NCBI GenBank assembly: GCA_000165425.1
Contig: CT868130.1
Location: 434,001 to 498,000 of the forward strand
Length of the DNA stretch: 64,000 nucleotides
Direction: 5' to 3'
DNA from: Paramecium tetraurelia
Lineage: Eukaryota
Shown: piece after piece, positions 25,952 to 40,800 of the stretch
Position numbering within the stretch: the stretch's first letter is position 1
Layout: every line of letters begins with the position of its first letter
Program-made: the position numbers and the translations under genes
Notes under the pieces: generated by a model
The model's database searches: none
Told to the model about the DNA's origin: nothing
What the model saw: only the letters and a program-made list of their open reading frames with translations

Positions 25952-28779
25952 ATGGGCAAAAAAAAATTAATAAAAACAGCCGATGTTATTGAAGAAAAAC
26001 CTCAAATCTAACAGCCAAAAAATTCATTATAGGTTTCATCATCCGAAGATTCAGATTAACAAGAAGACTGCAAACAGAATTTTTCGAGATATTAAATTAT
26101 TGATGATAATAAACATTAATAGGGATAACTAGATCGTTATTTTCAAAAAGGAAAATAAGCTTAAACCGCCCCTCAACCAAAGAAACCAAAAGTTATTGAA
26201 TTCAGAATGGTGGAGGAAACCAAACTGCCCAACAAAGGAAAAGAGGAAGAGAAACGAGACGATTAATCTGATGAGTCCGATAGTGACTTCGACCTACCTA
26301 CTAAGTTTTAACATCTTGCCAAAATTACTAGAACATCAACTATTAATACCTAAGCTACTTAAGTAACTAAAGTCTAACCTGAAGAGAAAATAGCAGAAAC
26401 TAAAACTTGCTAACAAGAAATTTTAAATTAATTTGAATAAGAATAGATTTAAATGACTAGATTTGAAATTGAAGAAGATTCACAATTAAATATCCCAAAC
26501 AAACCATTACAAAGATATAAGTATTTTCTAATAGGAAATTTTTAGAAATATTAAAAAGAACACATCATTCAAATTATTAGATATTATGGAGGGTATCTTA
26601 ATTGTAAAATTCTTAAAGACACAATTATTATTTAAGGGGATTCTCTTAATAATGCTAATGATATGAAAGATAACTCTCTTTTAGCGAATGCTAAAATATA
26701 AAAATCTACTATTCTTGATTTTGAAGCTTTTAATAGTCATCTAAAATAATACACAGGTAATGATTTATAGAAATCTTTTTAATTGGCTTGTTAATGTACT
26801 ATTTAAAATGTAGGTTAATAAGGAATGTAAGAAAAATAGGATTTGTAATCAAAATAAAAAATTGTTTAAAATTAATCTTCATTCATATAATCAAAATCAT
26901 AATAATAATCTAAGTTACCTATTAGTTAACCGATTTAGGAAATAAATACTAATCTTAGAGCAAAGTTTGACAGCGACGTTGTGTTAATTGAAAAATAAGT
27001 TGAATTGAAACCTGAAATAGTTAATTTCTCTAAGGATAAATAAATTTAAAAAGATCAAAAGAAAATTTCAAAAATTGAACAGATAACTGTTGAAGAGACT
27101 AAATAGAAATTATAATTATGGACTAATAAATATGCTCCTTCTAAAGTATCGGACTGTCTTGATTAAACCCACGTTTCAAATATTGTTAAATGGCTAGATA
27201 AGTGGGGAAAAACTTAGTTAGAAAGTATGATATATAATATATGAACTCAGTTTGCCCTGGCTCATTCTAATCTTAAAACTTTGCTGCTAAAGCCCTTTTA
27301 TTATCAGGTCCTCCTGGGATTGGCAAAACCACAATTATTAGATTAATTGCAAAATAAAAGTCTTATTAATTGATTGAATGGAATGCCTCTGACGTCAGAA
27401 GTAAACTTCAAATTGAAAATTATGTTAAACATCTTCAAGACAATACAGTGCTTAGATTTAAGGATGCTAATTTAATTAGTGAAGGGAAGACAATAATCTT
27501 AATGGATGAAGTAGATGGAATGACTGGTAGTGATAGGGGTGGAAATAAGTGTTTAATTGATATGATAAAATTAACAAAGGTGCCTATTGTTTGTATTTGC
27601 AATGAGAGAAACAAATAATCAATGAGAACTTTGGCCAATTATTGTTTAGATCTGTAGTTTAAAAAACCAAATCAAGTTGAAATTTAAAAGAAGTTAGAAT
27701 TTATTTGTAAGTCTGAGAATATTAATTACGATCCTGCCGAATTAAAATAATAAATAGAATTTTCTTAATGTGATATTAGATAATTGCTAAATTTATTATA
27801 AATGCATAAAGTTGGCTTGAAATTGCATATTGATAAAAATATTGGAAAGGATGGCTCAGTTACTACGAATATTTATGAATCAACCAAAATATTATTGAAT
27901 TACAAAGATTCTTAAACATTGCCTATTCACAAATTAATGGACTACTACTTTTAAGATCCAGATATGACACAATTTTTTTATCATGAGAATTATTTAGACT
28001 TAATTAAAAAGGCTCCTTCGAACACAATCTCGCATATTTCCTAAGCAGCTTCATCATTGGCAGATGCTGATGTGTTGAATTCAAAAGTAAGATCACAGAT
28101 GTGGGGATTAATGCCAAATGTAGGATTTTTATCGACGATGTATCCTACTTAAATATTGAAGGGGAATCTTTTGTCAAAAGTCAATTTTCCTTAGATGCTT
28201 GGTCGAATTTCTAGTGAGAATAAAATTAAAAGATAGATTCTCGAAGTGAAAGAAGCATTTGCTTAATAGACATATTTAACAAACACCAAGGCAATTAAAT
28301 TCTAATATATTGAGCCTTATGCCTTCATTATTATTTAAAGTTTGGCCAGTGCTGGGTTGAGTTGTATTGATGAAGTAGTATCACTGTTAAGAAACTACAA
28401 TTTAAATATATAATAGTTTGAGGAATGCATAGTAGGATCTTTGGCATTGTTTCCTAAAAGGGATTTAATGACAGAGATAGCATCTTAGGTCAAGGCATCT
28501 TTGAACAAAGCAATGAAACAATCTATGGATTCTGCAGATAGATTTGGTAAGGAGAGGAGACTAATACAATCAACCAATATTGTCAAGAAGACTCAAAATA
28601 TAGAAGATGATTTAAATGAAGAACTAAATTAAGAAGAGGAGATTGAGGAGGATGAACAAAATTAGAAAAAGAATACTAAATAAAAAAATAAGAATATTAA
28701 GTAATAAGAGAAACATAAGAATAAATAAGAAAAACAAGGTACCGATAAGAATAAATAAAGAAAAAAGGGTAAAAAATGA
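25952..28779 (+). CDS. RFC1: Replication factor C large subunit
   Basis: BRCT-like region, LWTNKYAP, Walker A ALLLSGPPGIGKTT, EWNASDVRSK, Walker B ILMDEVDGMTGSDRGG, PIVCICNER; one 26-nt intron gives 933 aa. Confidence 0.93.
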
Positions 28780-29005
28780 TTTTAATATTTATATCTAATA
28801 TAATTTGCTATTAATTTCTAATTTAATTGATGAATTTTACTTCTCTCTTTATATAAATAGATCTTCAATTATTGAACAAGTATTTGTTTATCATATAATT
28901 TTAGCATATCTTTAAATAATATTTACTATCAACTGAAAAATTAATTTTATTTGCTTTTATTTAATATTTAATGTGGTAAATAAAATTTATTTAATGAATT
29001 TAAAA

Positions 29006-29762
29006 TCAGGATAAACTATCTAACTGAAATGGTAGGGGCTGGATTTCTTAGTTTACACACTCTTCACAGCAGTTACACTTAGAAGTACACTTGATATTTC
29101 TCTTTTGGCATTCACAATATCGTTTTGAGCAACTATGTAATAAGATTAAAGAAGATCACTTTTATTTTCTACAATTGCATCCATTAAACTCAATCGAAGA
29201 CAATTAAGAGGGAGTGGATTTGGGTTATTTGTTTGAACAATTATAACATTCACAATTTAATTTACATTCTTAATTGTTGGCACTACAGACACAATAGTTT
29301 TGAATGCATTTAGATCTACGACACTTGCAGTATATATTAGATGTTCTAGACACTTATAATAATTCATGATCATTTGTTTTGATCAACTTGTTAATAATTT
29401 CATTTTTATGATTAAGTTCTATAGAATTTAGAAGACCCAAGGTATATGAAGAATTAACTAATAATACACTATTGATACCTTAATTAATTTTGGGTATTTA
29501 GCGAGTGCTTCTACCAATTATTCCATCTTGCTTGATTATAAGTAACTGATCGTTAAATTCTAGCTTCTTGATGATCGTATTTTTTTTAAATTCCTCCTTG
29601 GTTTATTTGGGTGAGTTTTACTTTTAATTCGTATTTGGCGATGTGGCTAATTTTAATTTTTAGGGTGATTTTTCTATATATTATTGAGTAATAATTACTG
29701 TCAGTGGAATCTAGGGTCTTTATAAATTGCTAAAAGTTTATGATATATCAATTTACTTCCAT
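29006..29762 (-). CDS. Tesmin/TSO1-like CXC (CRC) domain protein
   Basis: Two CXC motifs, CKCRRSKCIQNYCVCSANNQECKLNCECYNCSN and CNCRKQNCSKRYCECQKRNIKCTSKCNCCEECVN; first coding exon appears to be only ATG GAA. Confidence 0.85.
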
Positions 29763-30021
29763 TTATCCGCCAAAATAAGCAATACGATTTGAAATAATAT
29801 AAATAATTCTCATAATAAAAATTTGAGTGTGTAAATCAGCTAATCTACCCTACTAAAAATTGTCAAAATTTTAGTTAAATACTCATAAGACAAATTATTT
29901 TTGTATTTTAAACAACTAAAAATAGATGAAGATATAGCAAGAAACTGTAAATTAAATAGAAAATGATATGCAACTTATATTTATTTATTTGCAACTTAAA
30001 TACCTTTAATTAATATACAAA

Positions 30022-31487
30022 TCATTTAGATATATTTGAAAAAGGCAAAGCTAAGAACGATCCTAACATAATGCCAAAGCAAAGGGCAAATCCTGATACA
30101 AATCCAATTTTTTCTTTAACAAAACCTTCGTTTGTCTATTATATATTATATTTATTAAATACTTTTTCTGGTCCCAATATCATGTAGCCTGTAGTAATAA
30201 ATCCATTCAAGATTCCAAATAGAAAGGTGTTTACATACGTTATCCAATCGGCAGCCAGAGTTCCTTAGGCAATTGCTATGAAGGTGTAATAAAAAACAAA
30301 TCTTCCTAAGAATAACCCAATTAAAATTTATAGATTAAATAGTTATCTATTTCCAGCTATAAACTTTCCTAAGGTATCTCCAAAATTGTATCCTAAACTA
30401 ATAAAGCATTGACCCCAATAAATAAAATTAGCATCGAAAGGCTTTTAGAAGGCTACTCCTGGAAACATCATAAATGTTTAAATGTAAAGGATCACAATCA
30501 ACAAAGGAATAGGAAAGGCTACTTTATTAATCCAGACCAAAGTTTAAATCACATTCATTTTTTCTATTGATATTTAGTCTTTATTTTATTTGGATGGCAC
30601 AATTCCATTTTTGTGATCTGATGTTTCAGTTTAATTGTTTTAATTGGCAATTTCCGAATTGATGATATCAGAAATTAAACTGTCATTTTACACTGCATTA
30701 TCCGGTTCCTCCTATGTAACAATTTGATCATGAACTAAAACTGACTTCCTACCCTTTTTGTGAGCCTAAATAATCTTCCTATATTATGGTGTCTTAGTAA
30801 ATGCAAAGTACATCACTATGGCGCCAATATTCCAAAGCACTGCAATTCCAATATATAAAAAGATTGCTATTCAATATAGAATTTAATTACATTTTTCGCT
30901 ATCAATTGCTGCCAAAGATATTAATCTGAAAATTGTAATAATTGTTCCAGATGCTCCTGTACCAATAAAGAATACATTGACATACTCTGGACCCAGTATT
31001 CCAGACATCCCAATTGAACTATTCTATTGTAGTGCTGAAAATATTCCCATGATGAAAATTGTGGCTAAACATAACCAATATCCTTTTTATATTCATTAAA
31101 CTAATACCTAGAGTACTGTGCATCTCTAATGCTATCATTGGTAAAAGAAACAATAGTCCACATAAAATTATTAATGACCAGACGATCCTGAAAAACATTG
31201 ACAATAGAGAACTGATACGAGGTAAGAATAATCCAATCAAGCACAAACTTAAGAAGTTAGGTATGGGCAGTATGAAATAAACATTTCTCCCTAAATAATT
31301 AGTGGTAATTTTTAATACCTTCATATTAATCAGCGAAATATGATAAACCAGTTAAGATAGCATTCCATCCTGATAGTGACGACACACCTAAGGTAAAGAA
31401 GAAAATCTTTGAGAACAATTGTGATTTTTTTGGTTTTTTTTCTAAAAGGGAGAATTATGTGTCATCTGTCGTACTATTAGGATTCAT
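30022..31487 (-). CDS. Equilibrative nucleoside transporter (ENT/SLC29 family)
   Basis: FFTLGVSSLSGWNAILTG (TM1), QNSSIGMSGILGPEYVNVFFIGTGASG, YIQTFMMFPGV, YNFGDTLGK, LFGILNGFITT; about 11 hydrophobic segments. Confidence 0.9.
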
Positions 31488-31519
31488 ATTTATATAATAA
31501 TTAATTAATCTAATAAATA

Positions 31520-32969
31520 TCAAATCTCGTTTAAATTCTTGCTTTTTCTTTTTAAACACAATATGTAAAATGCTGTAAAAAGATAAAAAAATAAAATTAG
31601 TAATCCAATTGATGTTGTGATTGGACTGCTGAATATCTATAAGGAAATTAAGTAAACAATCGTAATTGGGCAACTCTAATCATTAATTGGCATCACTTGG
31701 CCCATTTTTATTAATGAACCATTTCTATATTAAATTTCCTTATAACAATTCGAATTATTTATCGTGAATGTTAGATTAGGATATAGCGTAGTTAATAGGC
31801 CAATTAAAGTAAAGTTTAGCAAATTTTTTCGAATTATCACCGTCAAATTTGTAACATTATCAATCAATTCCTTATCTGTAATATAATTGCAATTAAATAC
31901 TTTTTGAATATTATATTCGATTATTTGTACTAAAATACATTATGATAATGAACATAAATTTAAAAGCTGCTATAGTGATTACTTCAATCATCTCGAACTA
32001 AATCTATTTAATTCCACTCTCTTGCTTATTTGAATCTAATTAAGTTGAAAAAAAATTAATGGCATTCAATTAACTTAGTAAATCGCTATTTGGATCAATA
32101 TACTCAACAAAAATACAAATAAACCCAAATATCAAAACAAATGCCATAATTAATTGAATTGTATTATATATTAAGTTTAAGGATCTCCAAAACAATTACA
32201 TTAAATTCCAAGTAGTTTAAATAAAATTAATAATTTATTGTTTGCATAAGTCTGAATATCTAACCTCACTATTATCTTCAATGTCTTCAAATATTAACAT
32301 AGAATCCAATTCTGTATGGTTTAACTTAGCCAATTCTTCATCTGTTTGGATTTGCTTCATATGCAAAACTGATTTAAATTTAATGTCCTTTATGAATGGT
32401 TACTTTATCTTGCTTATAGACGATTTAAAATTATTTAATGGCTGCTCTAACAAAACCTACATGATTGGTGTCATTGAACTAATTGCTGAAAATAAAAACA
32501 AAGCTCTAATATACACTATTTCTAAACATTCCTTAAATTAATTAGTTCTATTAAAGTATTTTATATACAAAGCACAAATTATAAAAACGAATTAAAATAG
32601 TATGGTCTAAAGTAGGGACTAGACCAAAATTAAAATTTTATAACTTAGTCTTCTGTTATTTTGATGCATATTTTTCAAAAATATGATAATGAATAGCACT
32701 CCTATGTAAATTGATAACGACTATATGAAAAGGGTAGATTGAAGTCTTTAGATCATAAATAACCTTGTATAATCTACATTCTTATTATATCCTAAATATT
32801 ATTGTATTTATTGAATTTCGTTAAAGATGGTTAATATGTATACTTAAACTGTGAGTATGTTAAAATATGCTTTTATTATATTCCAAAAGTATTACTCTTT
32901 ATATCTATAAACTTAAATTAGGATGATTATCACACAACTCAGAAGCTATAAGGTATTCAAATTTATCAT
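31520..32969 (-). CDS. Hypothetical multi-pass membrane protein
   Basis: ATG 32969; one 25-nt intron gives 474 aa with many hydrophobic stretches; no family motif recognised. Confidence 0.7.
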
Positions 32970-33026
32970 TATTTTTTCTAATTATTAAAAGAATACATTA
33001 ATAATAAATTAAAATGTAAAAATTAT

Positions 33027-36000
33027 TCATGATGCTGCCGGAACCAATAGTGATTTAGGATATTCCTATTGAAATACTTCTTACGGCATAGGAAATGTAT
33101 TCATATATTCATTATTGTTTGTGACTCTGGTTCTTCCTGAATATTTATTTTTTAATTAATCCTAATTTTGATTGGTTCTTTTTCTAGAGCTATTGTTATT
33201 AGAAGTAGTCTAAGGCTTGCGACTTGATTAATACTAAGTGTAAGGTCTTGAACTAACTCCATTTTCTATTTCATTATATCTTTTGTAATCCATTGCTTTG
33301 ATTTATTCAGAGGATTGATTTCTCCTTGAAAAATAGGCACTTGTAGGTTTCAAATAAGATAAAGTTGGTAAACCTAACTCTTTATTTAGGTTCCTATGTA
33401 AGTTCTTCCTTTAAATGACAAATTGGCCAACTAATTAAGGAGATTCTATTTTTGAAGAGAAATGTTCCAATTAATTGATATCACTTAAAATCCCTGTTGT
33501 TTGTGCCATATTTCTCATTATCTAAACTGTATATTATCTCTCTCCATATAATCTCTCAGTTGCTTGTTTAATTTGCACCTTAATCTCATTTTATTACTCT
33601 TTCATTAAAGGTTTATCTTTCCTTTCATGCTCTTCTTTCAATCTTAATAAATCAGCAGCTATTTATGCCTTCAATAAACTCCTTTCTTATTCCAAGTCAT
33701 CCTTTAAAATACGAGCTGTCTTGCTCTCTACTATTTTCTTTGATTTCGCCCTATTCATTTTATTTTCACCTTTGATCATTGATATACTCTCAGAATTCAA
33801 TTGTTCTATATTACTACCTGGTCTATCTTTTGTTGAAATAGTATCATTATTCTTTTGATCTCTTAATTGTTAATTTTTCTCTCTTATCTTTGCCCTAAAA
33901 AATGTTTAAATCTAAGTCAGTTTTTCTTCATCCAATCTCTGCTTTCTTGGAAACAATAGAGAGGGATCTTACTAATCAGATTATTATTATTATTGCTAAG
34001 AAACCATCTTAATTTGTTCCTCTTCAGTTTTCGGTCTCATATTTTACATTTTATTTTAATCATTTTTACTATTATATGTTATGTTTTCTCCTGTTTTATA
34101 CTCCATCATCCTTCTTATAATTAAATCTTTAGCTGATTATATATCTTAACCTTCTCTTAATAATAATTTTGACAATTTCTTAATATCAAACTTTGGATTG
34201 ATTTCTTTCAAATACTAAAATAAATCTTAACTAATGTCTCTGATCTTTTTATACATCGTCTGATAATACTCAAATAACTTATGAAAATTGTATTTAAATA
34301 TTTCAATTAATTGATCTCTGAATTCATTTATGATTTCTGGACTGAGTAATTTTTATAATGTTGGATTGTCTTGAGATTTTAAAAAATTTGTTAGATTTTC
34401 TACGCTCAAATTAAACCATAAAATTTAATCTGTTTTACTTTAAATATATAAGTACTAACTAATTTAATGTTATTCTTATTCTTTAAATGTAGGAAGCACT
34501 TCAACAACAATATTGTTTATTGCAAATTAGTTTAAATGTTATTGAGTCAATTCACTAGATTGATTTTAATTTTTATTCATATTGTATATCTTCGATATCA
34601 ATAAATTTATCCCATTTATTTCATTATTTAGACCAGTATATTTAAATTTCTTATTTTCTTTATTTTTCTAATCTATTGCTTAAATTATCTAATAAATTCT
34701 AAGTAAGTATTCAGCTAATCCCAGTTAAAAATTCATTAATAACCCTTGAGTTTTTGTAGCCTTTATCCATACAACTTATTCAGGATGTTCTTCTACTTCC
34801 ATTTTCTTGATATTGAGAGTGGTTGTTTCATTTTTCAATTTCATTAAACCCGCATCTTCAGCAACTATAGATTACTCATGAATTTCTAAATTTGGATTCT
34901 TCTGCTTTAATTCTAATATCTCATAATCTAAATTTTCAATTTCATCTTAAAGGACTTCCTTCTACTTTAATAGATTTTCATAGGAAATACTTTATTTTGT
35001 TAATTCTTATTATAAATGCCAATACTCCTCTAGCATGAACTCAAGAATATACTCTGTTCTTTATTCATTTTCTTGATAAAACTTATTAATCTGAGATAGC
35101 AATTCATTCCTATCAAAATTGACTTCCTATTCTTACTATAAATTATCAATTTATTGATTTTGATTCCATCTTTATAGTAATTCCTCATCCACACTATATT
35201 AATCAACCAATCTAATGTCATTAGGATTATCCCTATTCATAAATATCTATTCAAAAATCTCAAAAAATTCAATATATGTAAGAATGTACCTGCTTTCTTA
35301 TTTTTTTTTCAATTAATTTTATTTTTTCTCTTCCAAAATTTCAAATTCCTTATTTTAAGCATCTATAAATCTTTCTGCTTCCTCTATTTTTAATGCATTA
35401 TGTCCAATGTTTTCTTCTCCAACATACAGTATTTTTTATAATTAGTATTATTTGTTTTCCTATGAATGCTTGTATGTGTCTTACATTTACTTCATTTAAC
35501 CAAACTCGTTTTTTATAGATTATAGGTTTTTCTTACTTAGGAACCTCTTGTTTTCTGCCATCAATTTCAAAGCATCGGTATTGTTGAATCTCTTTCCTGC
35601 TTTACTGAGAATAATTTGTAATTCTTCACATTTTTGTTGTTGAATTAATTTCGATTTTTCAATTTCTACTAGAATCTTTTCCAGTGACTCACTTTTCTCT
35701 TATTCCTCTAATATTAAATTTTCATAACGAGATTCTTATAATTTCAATGATTCAATATATTGATCTCTTGATTCTAAATCGTATTACTTAATATTCACAT
35801 TCCCACTAAATGTTTCAAACAAAGGGTCAGAATGATGGTTATTAATAGAATGAATAACACCATGACCACTAATTGATGCTTGCATTTACGAAGTTCCTAT
35901 TTTAGATTTAGACTTATTTTATCCTGCCTTTAAGAGAAGCCCTAATTCCTATTGTTTTCTTTTATTAGAGCTCTGCAATTTATCTAATTCCGCCTTAAAT

Positions 36001-36155
36001 TTGAAATCATGGGATGAAACTATCGAGAGATTGTCATATTTTCTAATTTCCTCCTAGTGTTCGAATTCTTGTTTTAACAACTCTTTTTTTTGTTTAAGGC
36101 TTTCTGAATCCAAACGAGCTTATTCGTCTTCTCCCAATTTCTAAAACCTTAACAT
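33027..36155 (-). CDS. Large coiled-coil protein (~1,040 aa)
   Basis: MLRFQKLGEDEQARLDSESLKQKKELLKQE...; E/K/Q-rich heptads; ends LVPAAS-TGA; span is a multiple of 3. Confidence 0.75.
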
Positions 36156-36778
36156 TAATATTATCTCACTATTTAATTTAAAATGAGAAAAATAGATTAT
36201 ATTAAAAAGATTAATAATATCAAGCCTTTCTGAAAAATAAAATATAATCCAAAAGTACTTGAATTGAAAGTAACTATCTATATTTAAATTCGCAGAAGTC
36301 TTATTAATACGGCTCTCTATAATTTATTTAAAAAGAATCATTTGATTGACAGTCAATTATAAAATTAAATTCATCTTTTATTTTATGAATTTTGAATGAT
36401 GTTAAAGCAATGAAAAAAGAAAGAATATTTTTTTTAAAAATAGTGCGATGGTATTTACAATACATGTTTATTAATTTGGATATATAAATTTCAAAGAATT
36501 GTAATAGCTTATTGAGATAGGGAACTTTTTCAATTAATTTCTAATTTTGAGTCTATTTAGGAGTTTATAAAGAATTTGAGATGTCATTTTAATAATTATC
36601 AAATTTTTCAAGTTTAATAATTTAAAAAATTTTGATGTCGTTATTAAAAGCTACACTATTAAATCAACATAATTATTTTAATTAGTTTTTTAAAAAACCT
36701 CAAATATCTCAATATATAAATGTGATTTTTTTTTTCACTATTTTTAGTAATAATTATTGTATTTTACAAATCTATTCA

Positions 36779-37777
36779 ATGCTCTTAATGCTACTTTTTT
36801 TGCTTGTGCAATCTTAGATAAATGATTGCTAAATCCAATCAGAAGAATGTTCAGAAAACTATGATCCAGTTTGTGGGTTAAATATTGGCAACAGTACCAT
36901 CTAAACTTTTGTTAATAATTGTTATGCTTGTAAAGCAAGTTAGGTGGTTAAATATATAAAAGGAGATTGCTCAAAGCAAATAGATGATACCAAAACTGAG
37001 ACTCCATCCTTACCCAGTGAAGGTGATAATAGCACTATTATAACTGCACCTGGGAATTACACCGAGGTGATAGCTTGTGCAAATCCTAGACCCAGTATAT
37101 GCGATACTAGGTAAAAATCATTTAGTATTCTTTTAGTTTAAAATAAATCTGTGGACTCCTTGATTCTACAACTAAATGTACTGGATAAAATTGTTTGTAG
37201 TAATTCTCAAATTAGTGTTTGGGATGTAGAAATAGCTCAATTCATAGTTACTTCTTTGGAAATTGCTCGGATTACAAGTAATTTATTAAATTATAATTTA
37301 AGTCCTTAGACTCCAACTGTTATCTAGTGCAGCATAAAATCTCAAAAGAAATGTGAATTGAAGGAATAACTTACTGTTTGCGGCTTTTTAGATGAAACTG
37401 CTATATGTTATAATCCACCTTGTCTATAACCATTTGATAATTAATGTGAACCATGCCAATAAACTAATATTACATCATATTATATTGGAGACTGCAACCA
37501 ATATTAAAAATTGTTCACTAATCCTTCATAACAAGCTGATTCTTTTGTGGCCAATTATTAATATTGCCAGGCTTAAAGACCTTAACAATGTGATCAAGAT
37601 TATGTTCAAACCTGTGGTGTCTTAAAGTCTTGCCATGGAAGTGGATGCGAAAGAACCTATGATAATCCTTGCAGTGCTTGTCAAAACAGTGAAATTGAAG
37701 GGTACTATACTGGGGAATGTGTCAATAACTATGAGGCACTAATCTCAATGTTTATTATTGTTTTGTTTATATAATGA
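36779..37777 (+). CDS. Kazal-like repeat surface protein (signal peptide, probable GPI/TM tail)
   Basis: MLLMLLFLLVQS; four Kazal-like units such as CSENYDPVCG...TFVNNCYAC...GDC and CDQDYVQTCG...TYDNPCSAC...GEC; hydrophobic C-terminus; introns of 26 and 25 nt give 315 aa. Confidence 0.8.
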
Positions 37778-37804
37778 TAATAACTAATTAAATAAATATA
37801 AAAA

Positions 37805-40800
37805 TCAATCTGAGAATAGATTATTATTAAGTTATTTCTATTTGATATACCAATTGTAAGATAAATGAGGATCAGATTTTTCATATTGTTTTATTAAAAG
37901 TTGAAGTGGAGGATTTGATATTTTAATTTCTTTGTATATATGGAAAATGAGACTGGTCTAATAATTTCTGAGTACATTAATTAGTAAATGAGATGACTCC
38001 TTTTAGATTAATTTGTTTAATTTATTACTCAATAATTATTCGAATACCATTTCCCCAACATACATTACTAACTCTATTATTAATTCGCCTGATTCCTTAT
38101 ACAATAATTAAAATTGTGGGGTTTCAAATTCTAGACAGGATAGAAATTGCATCAATTAAAAATACTTTGTAGTGTATTTTGTCATCATCTTTAACTGGTT
38201 TTCATTAGCCTTTTCAGTATTATTAAGTAGACAATGTATAGAATAGACAGTATTTCTATGATATTCATTTTTAAGATTTAACTAATCCATTCCTAATTGA
38301 ATGAACTTTTATTTAACCTAATCAGTTGTTGATACACTAGATGAAAAACCAAAGCAAGAGCATTTAGATTTGTTGCGAACTTAATAATAACTTTCATTTA
38401 ATCTAAATGCTTGGATTATTTCAGCAAAAGTTATCTACTAATATTGCTAAGTTTAATTTTATTGTTGTTTCTCTTGAATTGGAGATTCACTCTCTAATAT
38501 ACATAAAATATTTATTTTACGTTCAATTATGATCTCATTCAATTATCTCATATATTTTTCCTGATTCCAATCCAAGTCTTTATTCGGAGTATGCCACTCT
38601 GAGTGACTTTATCCAAAAATACTTGAAGAAACGTCTCTGGTTGTGGACGTTGGTGGTCTTTAGAAACTCATTTACAATTCAATTAAATATTATAAGTATT
38701 AATAGAGTAAACATCATTTATCTTTGGATTTATCCCTTCTAAATATTCCAAAAACACTTTGGTTTTTCTTTTCAACACTCTGAAATAACTTGTTTACAAT
38801 CTGCTCATTATATTCTATTCTACAAATGCTCACTAGACTTTGATAAAATACTTTAATATCTTATTTATTCCTATAATAATATATAATATATACTCTTTTT
38901 AATAAGATTCGAAAAATTTAACTAATAAGGAAATTAAATGTTACGCCAGTGCACCATCTTTGCAATTCTAAATTTACTCATTCAACTACTTGATCTCCTC
39001 CTATTGATCACTTATTCTATTTCGCAAAGATTTGTTTTCCTCCTTAACCCTTTAGTTTTATTCCTATTTTATTTATCTATTTGATACCTCAAATCTCTAT
39101 TCATCTTTTAAATATGATTTTAAGTAAGACTTTAACTTTGAATTTTCAAGCTTCTCCTATTCCAATTCCTATCTTAATTTTGAGACTGTAGATCTTATAC
39201 TAAAGATGTCTTCCTCATCCAATGACTAACTTTATTTCATTATCATGCTCTTTATACTCAAATTCTCCTTGTTTTTTAATTACAATTGCAATTCTTAAAT
39301 GTCATTCTGATTCTTCATTATCTCTCCTTATAATTGTTCATATTCTACTAACTTTTCACAGACTATTCGCCATCTGTTAGCTTATCTTTCTTCTAAACTA
39401 TTTAAATCGATCATCCAATCTCTATCTTAAACAATTGCCTTCTCACACATATCTATATACATATATGTCCCTTTTTTTATATTCTACATCTCTTCATCCT
39501 TCTTAATTAATTTTTTCTCTAAATTTACTATTTCTAATTACAATTCGCTTTTGGCTCTACCTTATTCTTTATCTGCCTTTAATGTCTCTATTTCTTATCT
39601 TAATTATTTAATCAAATCTGATTCCTTCAGAGGTGATATCTCAATAAAGTCATCTAAGCTCTATAATTATTATCTCTTCAATTTGTCATTTTCATCATAC
39701 AATTATGCTATTTTGTCTTAAAGTACAATTATTTTTTAATTCTAATTAGAACTTGATTTCATCTAATTTTCAAAATTTTCACTTGCATTACCGCTTATTG
39801 CATATAGAACCGATACGCACTATTGTCTATCAGAAATTGAGTTATCTTATCTAAGTGATTTATTCTCATCGCAATTTATTTTTTCTTCTCCTTATTCAAT
39901 TTGCTGTCTATCATGCATCAAATCTTTATCTAAATTAGATTGACTTAAGAATTTTTGAAGTCTCTTGTTCTCATGCATTAATTATTGGTTTTTACTCATT
40001 TCATTGTTAAAATCATTCTAAATTTTATTAATCTCTGCTATCAAACTATTTTATTATTATTTTTCTTATTACACCTAAATTATTAACTAATTTTATTAAT
40101 CCTCAATGGCCTTTTAGTTTTCATATTATTTTTATTTTAATTGATCAATTTCTAATTAAAATTCTAATCTTATATTATTTACTTTCTAATTTAATTCTTC
40201 TTCAACCTATTTCTTCTTTTCTAAATTATCTTCTAACTGCTTTTTTATTTCTTCTTTTTCTTGATTCAGCTAAGCAATCTCTTATTTATATTATTCAATT
40301 TACTTTAATCCAGTTTAAGTTACTTCATTTAGTTGAATTTCAATCAACTATTTCTCCTTTAGAATACCATTAACTCCAGCCTCTTGATTAAGTCTTTATT
40401 TCTCCTTTTCGGCCAGAACATTTTAAAGTTAATTTGTTAACTCTTCTATTCTTTTTAAATTTGATCCTTCTTTTTCTTCAGACTCTGATAAATCATTTCT
40501 CAATTCAGAGATTTAGAATAATTGATTCTAATATAAAGCCTTTATGCTTTGAGTTTAATTGATATTTTCTTCTGATAATTCTCTCAATTAATTATTTTCA
40601 CTTTTTAGTACTTGTAGCTCATTTTAGCATTCATTTAATTTATCTTATAGTTGCTTAACTTATTAAAGCAATAGATCATTATCTCTTTAAGATTGCTCAA
40701 GCTTTTTCTACTTATTAAGGTTCAAGTCCTCTGAAACCTGTTATTCTTACCATAACTAATTATTGATTTCAAATAATTTTTTTTCTTAATCAACATTTAT

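Noticed and set aside
28670..28779. Short ataagaataaataa repeats at the RFC1 3' end
   Set aside because: They encode an ordinary Lys/Gln/Asn-rich low-complexity tail.
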